Below, one piece after another: positions 28,118 through 43,774 of a stretch of 64,000 nucleotides of DNA (position 1 is its first letter; every line of letters starts with the position of its first letter). The stretch is from Eledone cirrhosa (taxonomy: Eukaryota), in contig OZ024749.1 in assembly GCA_964016885.1 (NCBI GenBank), positions 2,294,001-2,358,000 on the forward strand. Reading direction: 5' to 3'. The notes beneath the pieces are model-generated. The model ran no database searches. It had not been told where the DNA came from and saw only the letters and a program-made list of their open reading frames with translations. The position numbers and the translations under genes are program-made.

Positions 28118-28120
<3 letters not shown>
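27830..28120 (+). mobile_element. possible PLE endonuclease end plus family A tail
   Basis: The tail acacgttttcagataaagaatcttgctaaacaaattcagaaacgaaa(TA)n is shared with 5718-5765; upstream ILKESEF...FQT..PDKIN weakly resembles an EN C-terminus. Confidence 0.5.
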
Positions 28121-28181
<61 letters not shown>

Positions 28182-28185
<4 letters not shown>

Positions 28186-28347
28186 CAAGGCTCTGATACC
28201 ATCAACACTATAAACACAGAGCTGGCATATCTAAGAACTGATTAACTGCCCGATGAGGTCATAGCCATTCAATGGCTATCATCGAAATATATAAAGCAGT
28301 AAATAAAGGATTATGAGTTCATGCAATTGACTTATGTTTCGTCACTA
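28182..28347 (+). mobile_element. family E element with a mutated hammerhead
   Basis: actgc-CcGATGA-ggtcatagcca ttcaa tggctatcatc-GAAA-tatataaa-gcagt. Confidence 0.75.
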
Positions 28348-28368
28348 TATATATATATGTATATATAT

Positions 28369-28556
28369 AACAAAGGAATTGTGGTAAGGAACCAGATAGA
28401 CCATAACGCACCAAAGTACTCAATACTTAGGGTAGTAGAGTGGGAAATAGGAAAAAGTCTGACCCCGACGGCAGAGCTCAATCCGTTACGACGGCTATTT
28501 CTGCAAATAGCCGTCGAAACGGCTTGAGCTCTGCCGTCGGGGTCATACTTTTTCCT
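28369..28556 (-). mobile_element. family B fold-back element
   Basis: Same tail; palindrome centred near 28502. Confidence 0.9.
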
Positions 28557-28694
28557 ATATATATATATATATTTGTGTGTGTGTGTGTGTGTATATATCT
28601 GTACGTGTGAATATATGTACTTGATTGCTCATATGACTGGTGGTATGTATGTATATATGTATATATTGTATTTATGCACGTATATATATGTATA

Positions 28695-28776
<82 letters not shown>

Positions 28777-29185
28777 TAGTAGAGGTATTGATGTTTCCAG
28801 TGTTTTCTTTTAATTCTGATGAATCTAATCATTGGGTCATATAATTAATAATTAATAATTAATTGTTTATATAATGAGATAGGGTAATTAACGTATGATA
28901 TAACTAACAATATTTGGTCTTTTTGTCAAAGTATTATTCTCTCTCTAAGTCTACTTAAACTGTTCATACAATCTTGTATGGAGCCCCCTCAATAGTGTAC
29001 TGTAAAAACATCTCATATGTTCTGCCGTAATGACTTTCTTCACCTAACTTTATCAATTTCTGTATTTGAAAACGAATTATTCAGAATTAATAGAACATTT
29101 TTAAGTTTCCATATTTATTTATTTTGAATAAATTGTTTCTAAGACATAATCATATTTTTCTATGTATCTCGACTTTTCGGCCACC

Positions 29186-29233
<48 letters not shown>

Positions 29234-29375
29234 AGATCAAAAGATGGTTAAAAGAGTTCCAAGTATTTTAACTAACTTTGGATCTTATATTATTTATACT
29301 CCAGTCCTACAAACTGTAGAATGCTACTTATCCGATATTTGCATTGCTTTATTGTGCTACAATAAAACTCACCTC

Positions 29376-29448
<73 letters not shown>

Positions 29449-29450
<2 letters not shown>

Positions 29451-29625
29451 CAAATAAGGTGTGGTAAACAACCAAGTGGCCAATAGCGCACCAGAGTACT
29501 CGGTACTTAGGGTAGTACAGTGGGTAATAGGAAAAGGGTCAGGACCCCGACAGCTAGATCCGGCAGTTCGGATCTAGCTGTAGAAACGGCCGGAGTTCAG
29601 CCGTCGGGGTCCTGACCCTTTTCCT
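29449..29625 (-). mobile_element. family B (diverged subfamily) fold-back element
   Basis: aacaaataaggtgtggtaaac...ataggaaaagggtcaggaccccgac / gtcggggtcctgacccttttcctat. Confidence 0.85.
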
Positions 29626-29635
29626 ATATACATAT

Positions 29636-29744
<109 letters not shown>

Positions 29745-29747
29745 CAC

Positions 29748-29985
29748 TTAATTTTTTAATGTGTTTTGCAAGATTTCTTATCTGTTTTGGAAGGGTCATG
29801 CGGCCAAAAATGACACGTGCCTGTTAGTTTTCACTTGAATTTATTATAAATTTCCAGCTGGTTGGTTCAATATCCGGATGGTTATTTATATATTGTCAAA
29901 GCGCTTTCGTCGCACATTCTGTGACCTCCTCAGTGACTGGTTTCTTATTTTGTGTTTCTTTTTTGTTCTGTCCTATACCATCTTG
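29748..29985 (-). mobile_element. solo family A element with an intact-looking minimal hammerhead (29895-29938)
   Basis: agtca-CTGAGGA-g gtcaca gaatg tgcgac-GAA-agcgct-t-tgac: stem I, palindromic stem III AGCGCU, CUU site. Confidence 0.85.
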
Positions 29986-30050
<65 letters not shown>

Positions 30051-30298
30051 ATAGGGGTGATATGTGTCTGTACCTATTGATGGGCTTGTCGGTACGTAGG
30101 TACTTGTGTACGAATAAAATACATCAGCCACAGTAACAATAACAACATTAACAACTAAAAACCTTAATAACAACAAACATCTGAAGGTATATTATAACTG
30201 AATCTGGTTAGATCGGTAATAAGGAAAACACACCTTGTTACCTTTTATTAACAGCAATCTCCAGACGATTGCTCGGCTGAATCGAAAAGTAGAAACAA

Positions 30299-30331
30299 TT
30301 ATTATTGTTCTTGTTATTATTATTATTATTA

Positions 30332-30386
<55 letters not shown>

Positions 30387-30433
30387 GTTAGTAGTAGTAG
30401 TAATAGTAGTAGTAGTAGTAGTAGTAGTAGTAC

Positions 30434-30501
<68 letters not shown>

Positions 30502-30710
30502 TCCTCAGGGTAGTTGTTTTTTTTTACATCAAATCCTGATCTGAAATTTATTTTATTGGAAAACAATTTTGTGGAACGAGGGGAAGGAGGTGTAAGTGGG
30601 GTGAAAATCGATAGAAAAAGGGAGAGAAAGAAACATGACAACGATGATGATGATGATTGTGATGATGATGATGATGATGATGATTGTGATGATGACGATG
30701 ATGATGCGAT
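30299..30710. repeat. (ATT)n/(AGT)n and (GAT)n trinucleotide repeats
   Basis: Direct reading of the sequence. Confidence 0.95.
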
Positions 30711-30762
30711 GAAAACGGATACGAAGTTGAAGCTAGGAATAAAATATGACGAATATATATAA

Positions 30763-30803
<41 letters not shown>

Positions 30804-31779
30804 CGTCTGATGGTGTACACGCATACACTATAAATAAATATATATATATATTATATATATATATACAGTTTATATATACAAATACTGCCAATTGATGTAT
30901 AAGTTACGCTTCAAACATTAAAAGGTGTGAAATCAATAGAGATTTGCAATCTATGATAAAGCGATTTTGGATAAGGCAAAGTTTTATCGAAATTGTTCTC
31001 GTCGTATTTCGAATGTAGCAGATCCTTCTCGTATTACGCAGTAGAAAAAAAGAAATACACGTTGATGGTGAAAGCTTTGCATGGATCTGAGCACAATAAA
31101 TGATATTTAGAAAATACCTCATTTCTTCTCGGAATATATGTTTAATATCCACAATCTATAAATGATACATACAAATTGTGTTATGTTTTATTAGGTTCTT
31201 ATTTATTTTAGATTATAATCTAGAAGAGAGAAAAACAGAGAAAGAACAGATAGACGGTCGTGTGAAAAAAGAAGAAAAAGGATGAAGCGAAATCTACAGC
31301 TTTGATTCAAAATTTAAATTTTCTACAAGATATTAGAATTATTCTGACATGATCTTCTTGTATCTTGATGATATCTAAGGTCGTCATATATGTAGGTACT
31401 AGAAAGATATACAACCCGCAATATTGGTAATCATCATCATTTACATCAGAAATGTACCTCTACCCATCTGGTCAGTCTCGTCGATGGATCCTTCATTGAG
31501 ATTCTACACCAGCTATGTTTCTTTTCAAGGTTTCACATATAAACCTAAGCTGGGTTTGTTGATGCCAGCTTATTTCAATATTTGCAGCCAGCCCCTAAAT
31601 CTAACGACCACCTGATGAGCCGACTATTAAGAGTACACACTCCTGACCTCGACTAGATAAGAATTAGCCTGCCATAGAATTCATCTCAACTTCACTTCGG
31701 ATAGAAATAATACGAATTTATGTTTTTATATTTTGAGTCTGAAATACGTTGGTCATCCGTCCCTGCCGCCGAGGATTGC

Positions 31780-31997
31780 TCCAGTCTTTTGAAGAATGGA
31801 ATGGCTTCCTCATGAAATTAATGTATAAGTGGCTGAATATTCTACAGGCACGCGTACCCTAAAATTCAGCATGACAGACTGTCCATAAATACAGGGTTTT
31901 CAATTGCAGGTAGAACTCATATTTTCCAACTGGGCGGACACGAGCAATGTGAAATAAACTGTCTTGCTCAAATACACAACACGCCACCTGGAATCAA
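31780..31997 (-). mobile_element. second SINE family (S2) fragment
   Basis: gagcaatgtgaaataaactgtcttgctcaa..acaac is shared with 41866-41900; its other part resembles 41440-41555. Confidence 0.6.
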
Positions 31998-32343
31998 AAG
32001 ATTAGGATTTTCAGCTAAATATGTCAATCTCGGAATAACACCTCATCACTGGAATAAGTAGGAAGCCAGAAATAGAATTGTAAGCCATTACAACGAGACT
32101 AAACGTTGAACTGAGTGTAACACTGGATTGAGCTAGGCTGTAATGGATGTATGAACTAACGTCTGTTGGTTACTAAAACATTGTGATCCTCATGTTCTAC
32201 GGCTCAGGAGTTGCCATATAATCATACGAGAGTTTATAAATATTAATTTGATGTTCTATTGTAGGGAGAAGAAAAGCCGTCACCATTTGGGTTATTCAAA
32301 GCACTTAGGAGGCACATAGGAATTAGTCCGCCCATGATGTGTT

Positions 32344-32416
<73 letters not shown>

Positions 32417-32726
32417 TATGTATATATATATATAGTTTTCGTGAAATAGTCTTTTCAAGACTATACAGAGCATTTGAAGTTGTCCCAAATTGAAGGTTGA
32501 GTACTTTAGACTTTGTTTTATCATGAGTTAAGGCTCTATTGATTTTTCCCTGGATTTCTCTAAATTCTGTTGGATAAATCTATATCCTGATTTCTTTTTG
32601 AATTGAGTATGAATTATTTTTCCCACATCTTACGTTAACTATTTTCCCATTTTGACGCTATAGTCACATATATGTTATGGAATACTGTTAGCTTCTCGCT
32701 ACAACAATTTCTATACTTTTCATTTA

Positions 32727-32800
<74 letters not shown>

Positions 32801-32803
<3 letters not shown>

Positions 32804-32868
32804 ATATACTTTGGGAGGGTCATGTTTTCAGATAAAGAATCTTGCTAAACAAATTCAGAACCGAAATA
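32801..32868. mobile_element. collapsed family A fold-back (25-bp inverted arm end joined directly to the tail)
   Basis: ttgatatactttgggagggtcatg + ttttcagataaagaatcttgctaaacaaattcagaaccgaaa, embedded in (TA)n. Confidence 0.85.
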
Positions 32869-32908
32869 TATATATATATATGTGTGTGCATGTATATGTA
32901 TATATATG

Positions 32909-33016
<108 letters not shown>

Positions 33017-33032
33017 TGTGTGCATGTATATG

Positions 33033-33106
<74 letters not shown>

Positions 33107-33107
<1 letters not shown>

Positions 33108-33772
33108 GTTATTCCGGGTTGAATCGGAGGTAACCACAGTAAGTAAGGTACTCAATACATTGCAGAGTATAAAAGTATTAATATAGATGAGATTCTACAG
33201 GACTAGAACTGTTTCATTCTTTAGAAATCAGCAGGAATCTGGGTATCAAAAAATAAGTATGGTATTTATAGGTCTCTTCAGGTGGTAGGAGAGGGTGGAG
33301 AGTGGGATGGGTGTAGGTCATTGGTTGATAGAAAAGGGAATTCATTAAAAGCTAATTCTTCAAAGCTATAATTTATATTTAGAGTAACAAAGGCAGAAAG
33401 AATTCTATAAACAAGTTCAGAAAGGGGTGCCACTCCTTATTTTTAAGTTTCTCTTAAGCTAACAATGCCTAGATTTCAGGTGTCTATAAGATCGTTGGGG
33501 GTCAGTCATAGTTGATGGATTTAAATAAAAGGGAAATTATAGAATTCTTTCTGCCTTTGTTACTCTAAATATAAATTATAGCTTTGAAGAATTAGCTTTT
33601 AATGAATTCCCTTTTCTATCAAACAATGACCTACACCCATCCCACTCCCTACCCTCTCCTACCACCTGAAGAGGCCTATAAATACCATATTTATTTTTTG
33701 ATACCCAGATTCCTGATGATTTCTAAAGAATGAAACAGTTCCAGTCCTGTAGAATCTCATCTATATTAAAAC
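33107..33772. mobile_element. fold-back element, hammerhead family C
   Basis: About 232-bp inverted arms at 33178-33410 and 33537-33769, a tail of about 70 nt on the left only, (TA)n flanks. Confidence 0.92.
33707..33757 (+). ncRNA. complete type-I hammerhead ribozyme (family C)
   Basis: agattc-CTGATGA-t ttc taaa gaa t-GAA-acag ttccagtc ctgt-a-gaatct: 6-bp stem I, stem II, 4-bp stem III, predicted GUA cleavage after 33751. The mirror copy (33190-33240) has CUGcUGA. Confidence 0.9.
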
Positions 33773-33968
33773 TATATATATATATATTAAAAAAAAAAAA
33801 ATATATATATATATATAGTGGCCAACCTATACAGGCTGGAGATAAAATGTGTAGCAACAAGGGCGGTGCCCCAGCATGGCCTCAGCCGGATGGCTGAAAC
33901 AGGTAAAAGAGTAAAAGAGTAATATATATATATACACATACATAATATATATATATATATACATACTC

Positions 33969-34026
<58 letters not shown>

Positions 34027-34071
34027 AAAATGTTTAAGCTTGTTGAATCCCAACAAATTAAATATAACCTC

Positions 34072-34172
<101 letters not shown>

Positions 34173-35141
34173 ACATATATATATATATATATATATATGT
34201 ATACATATATATATATACATACATTAAATGTAGGATATACATATATGTACTACATAAGTACATTTCTATTTTATATTTAAACACACCCACAATATATATA
34301 TATTTATGTGTGTGTGTATGAGTGTGTGTGTGTGAGAGGAAAGTGGGGTGTATAGAAGGAGATTTAGTGAGATTATTGAGCACGCGAAGTGGGAAGGTGA
34401 AGTATTTGTAGATCACAAGATGTAGAAGTATGAATAACGAGGATTAAAAACATATTTTCCTTATTATACATCAGCTAATTCGTTTGTTATATAGAATGTC
34501 GGTAAAAACACACATATCAGTGAACAGTTGCATCTACTCTACAATATATTGAAATCAACAGCAAACATACAAATCTACAAAATCACACACAAACCTACTT
34601 TCCCGTAAACATACTTTCCCATAAACCTACTTTCCCATATTTACCGCCGGCGTCTTCTTATCAAGCTTATTACTGATGGGATCGTGGATGCAGAGTCGGA
34701 AGGTTTGCTTCCCAGAACCTATTATCAGGAGGAACCGTTTCCATATGATCCGGCAGGATTCTCAAGCAAGGAAAAACGCGCACATGGATGTTATTCAAAC
34801 ATCTTCCTCGTGGTACCACCGAGTCTTCAGCCAGTTGACTTTGCACATAAAGTCTGTCCAGCAATTCGTTCCACAGATATTCTAACCACACGTCCGTAGT
34901 ACCGGACCCGTAATTGTCTTTTTTTATTCTGAGAATTAGGGACTTTACCTGGTGTGTCAATGTACCCTATCGCGTAACAGCGACCCCGTTTAAGTAAAAC
35001 TCAGAGTAGTAGTCTTATGTCATGGTCATGTGAGTACACAAGTGAAACAACTCCAGAGGAAAAATACGTAACCATAATATAGAATTTTTATACACCACTT
35101 GCGTAACGATTACTCATTGTGATATCCGTCAACATCACACG

Positions 35142-35238
<97 letters not shown>

Positions 35239-35399
35239 AGGTATAGGATTATCCTAGATGCAGTAAATTTGATAATTGAGTTTTGCAAATAGTTATAAAT
35301 TTGCACATAGCATAACTAGGCTGTATAACCACCGTGGAAACATTTGTAAGCGCACAGAATAAATTACCTTTTTATGATGTCTACCTGTTATTATTCATT

Positions 35400-35440
<41 letters not shown>

Positions 35441-35443
<3 letters not shown>

Positions 35444-35904
35444 CATTTCTGGATTTGTTTAGCAAGATTCTTTATCTGAAAACGTGTGTTGAAACCGATA
35501 TTGTTATACTTTGGGAGGGTCATGTTGCCAATAAGAAACACACGCACCAGTGCTTTCATTTCAATTTATTATAATACATTTATAAATTTCCGGTTGGTTG
35601 GTTGGTTCCACAACCAGATGGTTGTTTATATATTGTCAAAGTTCTTGCGTCACACATTCGTAGGACAGAACACAGGAGAGGCACAAAAACAAAGAAAAGA
35701 ATCCCCAGTCACTGAAGAGGTCACAGAATGTGTGACGAAAGAACTTTGACAATATATAAACAACCATCTGGTTGTGGAACTAACCCACCAACCAACCAAC
35801 CGGTAATTTATAAATTCCTAAATTTATAAATGTATTATAATAAATTGAAGTGAAAGCACTTGGTGCGTGTGTTTCTTATTGGCAACATGACCCTCCCAAA
35901 GTAT

Positions 35905-35910
<6 letters not shown>
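35441..35910. mobile_element. fold-back element, hammerhead family A (hammerhead on + at 35707-35750)
   Basis: Arms at 35500-35659 and 35726-35910, tail at 35441-35499; agtca-CTGAAGA-ggtcaca gaatg tgtgac-GAAA-gaactt-tgac. Confidence 0.9.
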
Positions 35911-35976
<66 letters not shown>

Positions 35977-36271
35977 TTTTCTTGCTCACATTTCGCATGG
36001 TTCGGACGCGTCTACCGCCTCTCGTCGTTGATTTGGTCGAACTTAATTTCACATATATCATTGACCTGTCTCTCATGTCTTCTCTTTACGTTGCATTACT
36101 ACTTTTGTTTATTTACTGTCCCATTTCTTCACCCAATTCGCTCTGTCCCAATAACTTATTTTAGTTATTGCTCGCACTGATTTTGAGATATCTGGTCTTT
36201 AATGCGAAGAAATATCGATGATAGTCAGAAGATCACTGATGATGGACACTCCCGTTTCTCGCTCTATTTTT

Positions 36272-36363
<92 letters not shown>

Positions 36364-36541
36364 CACAAATATAAATGGATGGAAAATAAATTGAAAATGC
36401 AACTGGAGTCTTTTAAGTATATTCATTTATTTACTTTACCGGTTTCACAGTTCTTATGATTATCAAAATTTAAAATAGGGATGGGGGGTTTGTGTTTTCG
36501 TTGTGGTGTGTCTCGCATCTAATTGGAGTCCGAAAATACTT

Positions 36542-36606
<65 letters not shown>

Positions 36607-37174
36607 GTTTAGAAGACGGCAACGATGGGAATAAAATTGAATTAAATTACTACATTTCGGTGTTCATCTAACGTCAGCTATAAGTCTAATAGTGGGGCGT
36701 ATAAAACAACAGGGCAAACAATAATGATACCAGCATGCCTGGGAATCAAGCCTACACATCTTATTTTCACAAAAACACTGCAAGTCAATTACACCAACTG
36801 TATATATATATATATCCCATGTATGTATATTCCAGTAGCACATTCTAGTCGTGATATTACATTAGGCATTAGAATATCTATGGCACATTTAATCTTGTTT
36901 AGATCAAATGTCAACCCTATCGTTTAGATATTGAATCTACCTTAAATAGGCCTATCTTCATACTGGCTTACAGGCAGACGTGCAGACAGGCCTGCTGAGA
37001 GCATGAAGGCTTAGCTGAACGTGGAACCGTTTTGCAGTCTAATGGCCCGAAACAGATGGAAACTCACCAATTGAATATCTAATTTTTCTTTTTCTTATTG
37101 CTAAAGGTATTGCCCTCAAAAGAAAAAAAGCGAAAATAAACATGATAAATAATATATATATAAAACTATGCAGA

Positions 37175-38372
<1,198 letters not shown>

Positions 38373-39356
38373 TTTATTTTATACATCCGCATTTTATATT
38401 GTATTTTTTTGTGTGATTCTTCTCCCAAAAACCCTCAGAATCAAAGGTAATATTTTTGCTGGAAGGGCAAAAATTAGTCGATTTTTATTCCTCACTATTT
38501 CCTGTTCACCAGTCAAGGAAGACTTTAGAACTTTTACAACTAGCAGGAAAAACAGGCCCTTTTATTCCCCTCCATTCTCTTGGTTTTTTTTTTTATTATA
38601 TATATATATATATTTCATTTGATTTTGTTTTATTTTCTGCACAAATTCTTTTTTTTTATTTTGTTTATCGGTGTTTTATTTTGCAGATCACTCCTGTAGT
38701 TAATGTTGTTAGAGAAGGAATGTTGGTTTATATTCAAAGGTGATGGTGCTGAAAGTTTAGTTGAAATTGTGTATGTGATAGCATTAAAAGATAAAAGAAA
38801 AGATGAAATACTAAAACCCCCAAAATAATATATATATAAACAAAATAAAAATGCCTAACTTTGAAAATGCTAATAATATAGATTTTTTCCCTACTTATTT
38901 TTCGTTTTTCTATATATTTTATGTGTTTTAAATTAGTGGGAGGCCACCAATATGCAAGGAAGGGATCAGCAACCGAAGTATACACCTTGTGTCCTGTTGT
39001 TGTAACTGTTGTTGTTGGGTGTGTTCTCCATGTGAGATAGGAAGAAAGTTAATGGTGACCCTGGGAAGAATTGAACTTTGAGAGTAGAGAAAATAATATA
39101 TATAGCCTGAAAACGTTTACTACTGGAATCTAACCATCTTTACCATTTAACCAATTTGTTAATGCCATACATATACAAACATACATAAATACACACACAC
39201 ATATGTATATATATATCTACAATAAGTGTATTAGTGTCTGGAATATATAGCACATTATGCAATATATAAAGTTTGAAAATGGTAAGAAGATAATTGGACA
39301 GAAGGAAAGAGAGAACTACACCGATAAAGAGATCGAAGAATCATAGATAGAATTGA

Positions 39357-39394
<38 letters not shown>

Positions 39395-40556
39395 GTGTGT
39401 GTGTGTGTGTATGTAAATATTCTATATAACCTATATATATATATTATATATATATATAGAGAGAGAGGGGGGGGGGGGGGAGATAGTGAGAGAGAGAGAA
39501 AGAGAGATATAGAGAAAAAATATTTTAATATGTATAAAGCTCTTTCCATCGGAATCAAAATGTAAATGTCGGTATTCTATATTATAGTGCTTTTACTATT
39601 CCCACAACCTCTAGCTACTTTCTCTATATATTGGAGTTGTAACGCCATCTGAGACATTGTGACGAAACTAAAGACATCACATGGTGGCAGCCATTTTAGC
39701 TTTTCATAAAACACGTAAAATCCTTTAACTTTACTTTCAGTTTATCAAGTATACACTTTTCTCTCAAAATTCTGTTCTCACTTAGTTCCAGAAGAAACGT
39801 AACAGTGACCATGTCGCAAAGTGTACGACGTATATTTTGACACCAAAATTGAATAAATGTAAAGTGACTTTATCAATGTTGCTTGCGAGTTTTGAGTGAT
39901 TAAAATGATACTTTCTCGATGTAATTGCTGTAGTCAAACATATTTTAGAAAATAAAATATTTAGGAGGGTCGGTTGAAAAGTCCATCGGCTGACCAAGAT
40001 ACTCTCATGGAATGACCAAATGAGGTTTATTTTTCAAGTGTTAGTGATGGCTAGAATGATACAGGGACAAAATACATTGAGTAACGGTAGGGCTAGATAG
40101 AATGATGAGGAGACGAATTGTTTTTCTAGTTATTCTATCTTCGTTTTCTGTAGACGTTTAGGAGGGTGAGCCAGAATAGTCATTGAAAGGGTCACAGAAT
40201 ATGAGAAGAGATAAGGATCACAAAATATATAAGAAGAGATAATTAAATAACCATCTAGTTACTAAACTAACAACGGAAGGATTTAGTTACCTCACTAAAG
40301 AAAAAGCCGAAACTCAATTGATGGGTGTGGTTTATTGGCCACATGAACCACCAACATTATAACAAGATAGATATATGTAGACACACACACACAAACACAC
40401 ACACATACACACATATATATTTGGGGTAGTATAATACATACAAAGACCAACATCCAAAGATGACACCATAATGGTTGTTAATGTATATATATCAGATTTA
40501 TAAGATCCCGCTTGAGGGTGAAAGTAGAAATTGTTTGCTTAAACTTTTAGTCAGTT

Positions 40557-40622
<66 letters not shown>

Positions 40623-40710
40623 ATGATGATGATAATAATAATTGTTTCTACTTTAGCCACAAGGCCACCAACTTACCCAGTGCATTACTGGTACTTTATT
40701 TTATCGACCC

Positions 40711-40777
<67 letters not shown>

Positions 40778-40840
40778 TTTCATTTATTTGCCACAAGGGC
40801 CGAATAATAATAATAATAATAATAATGATAATAATAAATA
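40557..40840. repeat. (CTA)n/(ATA)n repeats around a partial S1 SINE (40641-40713, minus strand)
   Basis: attgtttctactttagccacaaggcc...ttttatcgacccgtaa lies between trinucleotide runs. Confidence 0.85.
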
Positions 40841-40958
40841 AATACATGTATAAATATTTATATGTATATTACTCATCCATTTAGAGGGTATCAGACCCCA
40901 CTATCTGGCTAATTTTCTTTAGTCAAAATACGACGAAAGCTTTTAGTTCTCTCTCTCA

Positions 40959-41030
<72 letters not shown>

Positions 41031-41042
41031 CTCTCTCTCTCT

Positions 41043-41086
<44 letters not shown>

Positions 41087-41639
41087 GTATATATATATAT
41101 ATGGACGGGGATTTTTCGTATATGTGAATATAGAGTTTGTTTTTAATTTTGTCACCTTGTAATCGGTTACTCTCACGTGTTTTGCTATTCTTAATATCAA
41201 CCGTACTGAGTCTTTAATGTTAAGAATGAAAAAAAACACCTTATCCTCCTCACGATATAATATTTCAATGTAAACACTATCAGCGGGAAAAGAGAGAAGC
41301 AACTAAATTATAAAATATCAAATAAAGTAGAATAAGTAAAACACATAAAATACACAAATGTATTAAATACTCTGTATTTATCGGAACGATAGTACAATTA
41401 AAAGGACCTCAGTCAGATTCGACGATTTGTCTTCCAGTTGTTCGATCAGCGAACACAGCCCGCTCAGGAAATTAACGTGAAAGTCGATGAGATTTCAACA
41501 TGTGTATCGTTAATGTAATTCTCAGGGAGATCCACTCAGACACAGTGTGTGTCATATATTAGTAGAGACAGGAATTACAATAAGTGTGACCATTTGGAAT
41601 CCAAATATGCTATTTTCCAAATTTCGTCGCATTACATTG

Positions 41640-41970
41640 TTACATGTGTAAGGTGAATCCCAACCTCTTTCGGTCACGAATGACCATGGGAGTTGCACCT
41701 AGAAAGTTCCTCTCCGGGGCACAAGCCTGGCCAAGGTTGTTTTGTGGGGTATCAGCAGTCACTAATACATACCAGCCTCACCTCTCCACGCCACCGATGT
41801 TGTCCAAGGAAAAGACAATGGCTGATACAACTTAGCACCAGTGACACCACAACAGAGTGAACTGGAGCAACGTGAAGTGTCTTGCTCAAGGATACAACGT
41901 ATTACCAGGTCTGAGTATCGATCTCACAACCTCACGATTGCAAGCCCAACGCTCTCTACCATAAGCCACA
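41640..41970 (-). mobile_element. tRNA-derived SINE (S2-related)
   Basis: Minus strand starts gtggcttatggtagagagcgttgggcttgcaatcgtgaggttgtgagatcgatact (tRNA-like A/B boxes), followed by tgtatccttgagcaagacacttcac. Confidence 0.75.
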
Positions 41971-42237
41971 TCCCTAATACTATTTAGTAAGGAAGGTTTT
42001 GTGAATGGCCCTCATCAGTTCCTTCCTAAACATATATCCTCATACAAGAGACCTGTACCCCAATGTTGGTGACGGAGCAGAATTCCCAAATGCTCCAAAT
42101 GCCAAGGGATAGAGCCCCATCTGGCAATGGATTAACGCCACCATTCATGCAGGTTGGTCACAACAGGATTTGAAACAAGAAGTAACAAAATATAGAACAA
42201 TTATCCCACGCTAACTGTCTCAATTAGTATTTTTGTT

Positions 42238-42450
42238 GCGGTGGTTTGGCAGAATCGGTAGAGCGTCAGACACCATGCATTGCAGCATAGAGTTACGGCC
42301 CTTTTCGTTCTGATTTCAACTCCTGCCAAGGCTAGCTTTGCCTTTCATCCTTACGGTGTCGATAAAATAATGTACCAGTAATGTACTGGGCTCGATTTAA
42401 TCGCCTTTTCCCTCCCCACCAAATCGCTGCCTATAGTAGAAGTCATTATT
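42238..42450 (+). mobile_element. S1-related SINE with a longer 3' part
   Basis: gcggtggtttggcagaatcggtagagcgtcagac...gcctttcatccttacggtgtcgataaaataatgtaccag, then gggctcgatttaatcg... Confidence 0.85.
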
Positions 42451-42880
42451 CTTCCTCCCCTATAGATACTACAAAATAACTATTATATAATATCCACAAA
42501 AACAAAGTCGATGTGGGAGAGATGAACCTAGTTTAGGAATTACGTCAATCGATGACACTATGACGAACCCTTACAATTTTACACAAACATGGTTCTGTAA
42601 ATAAATCCTGGAGCGGTGTGGTTGCCGAAATTCATTCAATATGGTGCCACGGTATGGCTGGATCCGAATGAATGGAATCAAGTAAAGAGTAAAAGAATTT
42701 CTATTCCACATAAAAAAAAATAAATGCAGAAAGTAATGTAGAATATACTGAAGTAAAGAATTTGTGAAGTATTTTATAAGACAGGTGCTGAGATGACATC
42801 AGGTGACATCAGATGACCTGCAATGACCACTCTGAGGAGGGTGGGTGGTGTTGGGGTGAGGTCTGCAAAGGTTATGTTGC

Positions 42881-42946
<66 letters not shown>

Positions 42947-43147
42947 TAGAGAGAGAACGTTAGAAATAAAAGCTTTCGTCGTATTTTGACTAAAGAAAAT
43001 TAGTCTGATAGTGAGGTTTGATACCCTCTAAATGGAAAAGGATGAGTAATATACATATATATATTCTCTATTCGTTGTGTACGTGGGTGTGGGGTACGTG
43101 TGTGTGCGTGTATACAATATCTGAAGATCATATATATATATATATAC

Positions 43148-43572
43148 GAAAATGTTTAACCCTGACGGCAGAGAAGAAGACGTTTCGACGGCTATTTCTG
43201 AGTTCCAGAAATAGCCGTCGAAACGGCTTGAGCTCTGCCGTCGGGGTTAAACATTTTCATATTACCCACTCTACTACCCTACGTATTGAGTACTCTGGTG
43301 CGTAATCCAAATATCATGAAAAGAGAAGATGCATTCAAAAATCTTCGATAAAAATCATAGGAAAACAGAGTCAAGATAAATTAATATTTCTGAGGACGGC
43401 ATGTATATGTGAAGGTATGTATATTCCCTCTGATAGTTTGTAATATTTTTACATAGATCTATATGATATACATACCCACACACATATACATCCTAGGAAC
43501 GATCGTAAAATGATGATTTTTTTAATATAAGCAACTTGTTCTTTGTTTGTATTTCATTGTTTTTATTAATTT
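43148..43572 (+). mobile_element. family B fold-back (43148-43305) fused to a family F element (43302-43572)
   Basis: Palindrome centred near 43202; the B tail is truncated at ggtgcgtaat and continues into the family F sequence with CTGAGGA..GAAg. Confidence 0.85.
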
Positions 43573-43634
43573 ATATATATATATATAACATAAACCATGT
43601 CTATAGAATCACCAGATAAAATATATATCATTTC

Positions 43635-43718
<84 letters not shown>

Positions 43719-43719
43719 C

Positions 43720-43774
<55 letters not shown>

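Noticed and set aside
30192-30824. Poly-S/T/N/D low-complexity protein
   Set aside because: These are trinucleotide microsatellites open in several frames on both strands.
31612-31640. CTGATGAG motif as a hammerhead
   Set aside because: No stem II or GAAA follows.
36237-36265. CTGATGA-tggac motif here and at 60471 as a hammerhead
   Set aside because: There is no closing stem II or GAAA box downstream; the two sites are just copies of one repeat end (36196-36275 and 60431-60510).
41989-42024. Minus-strand aaggaa-CTGATGA...aaaac-c-ttcctt hammerhead-like motif
   Set aside because: Stem I pairs, but GAAA is mutated, stem II is poor and stem III is absent; too degenerate to call.
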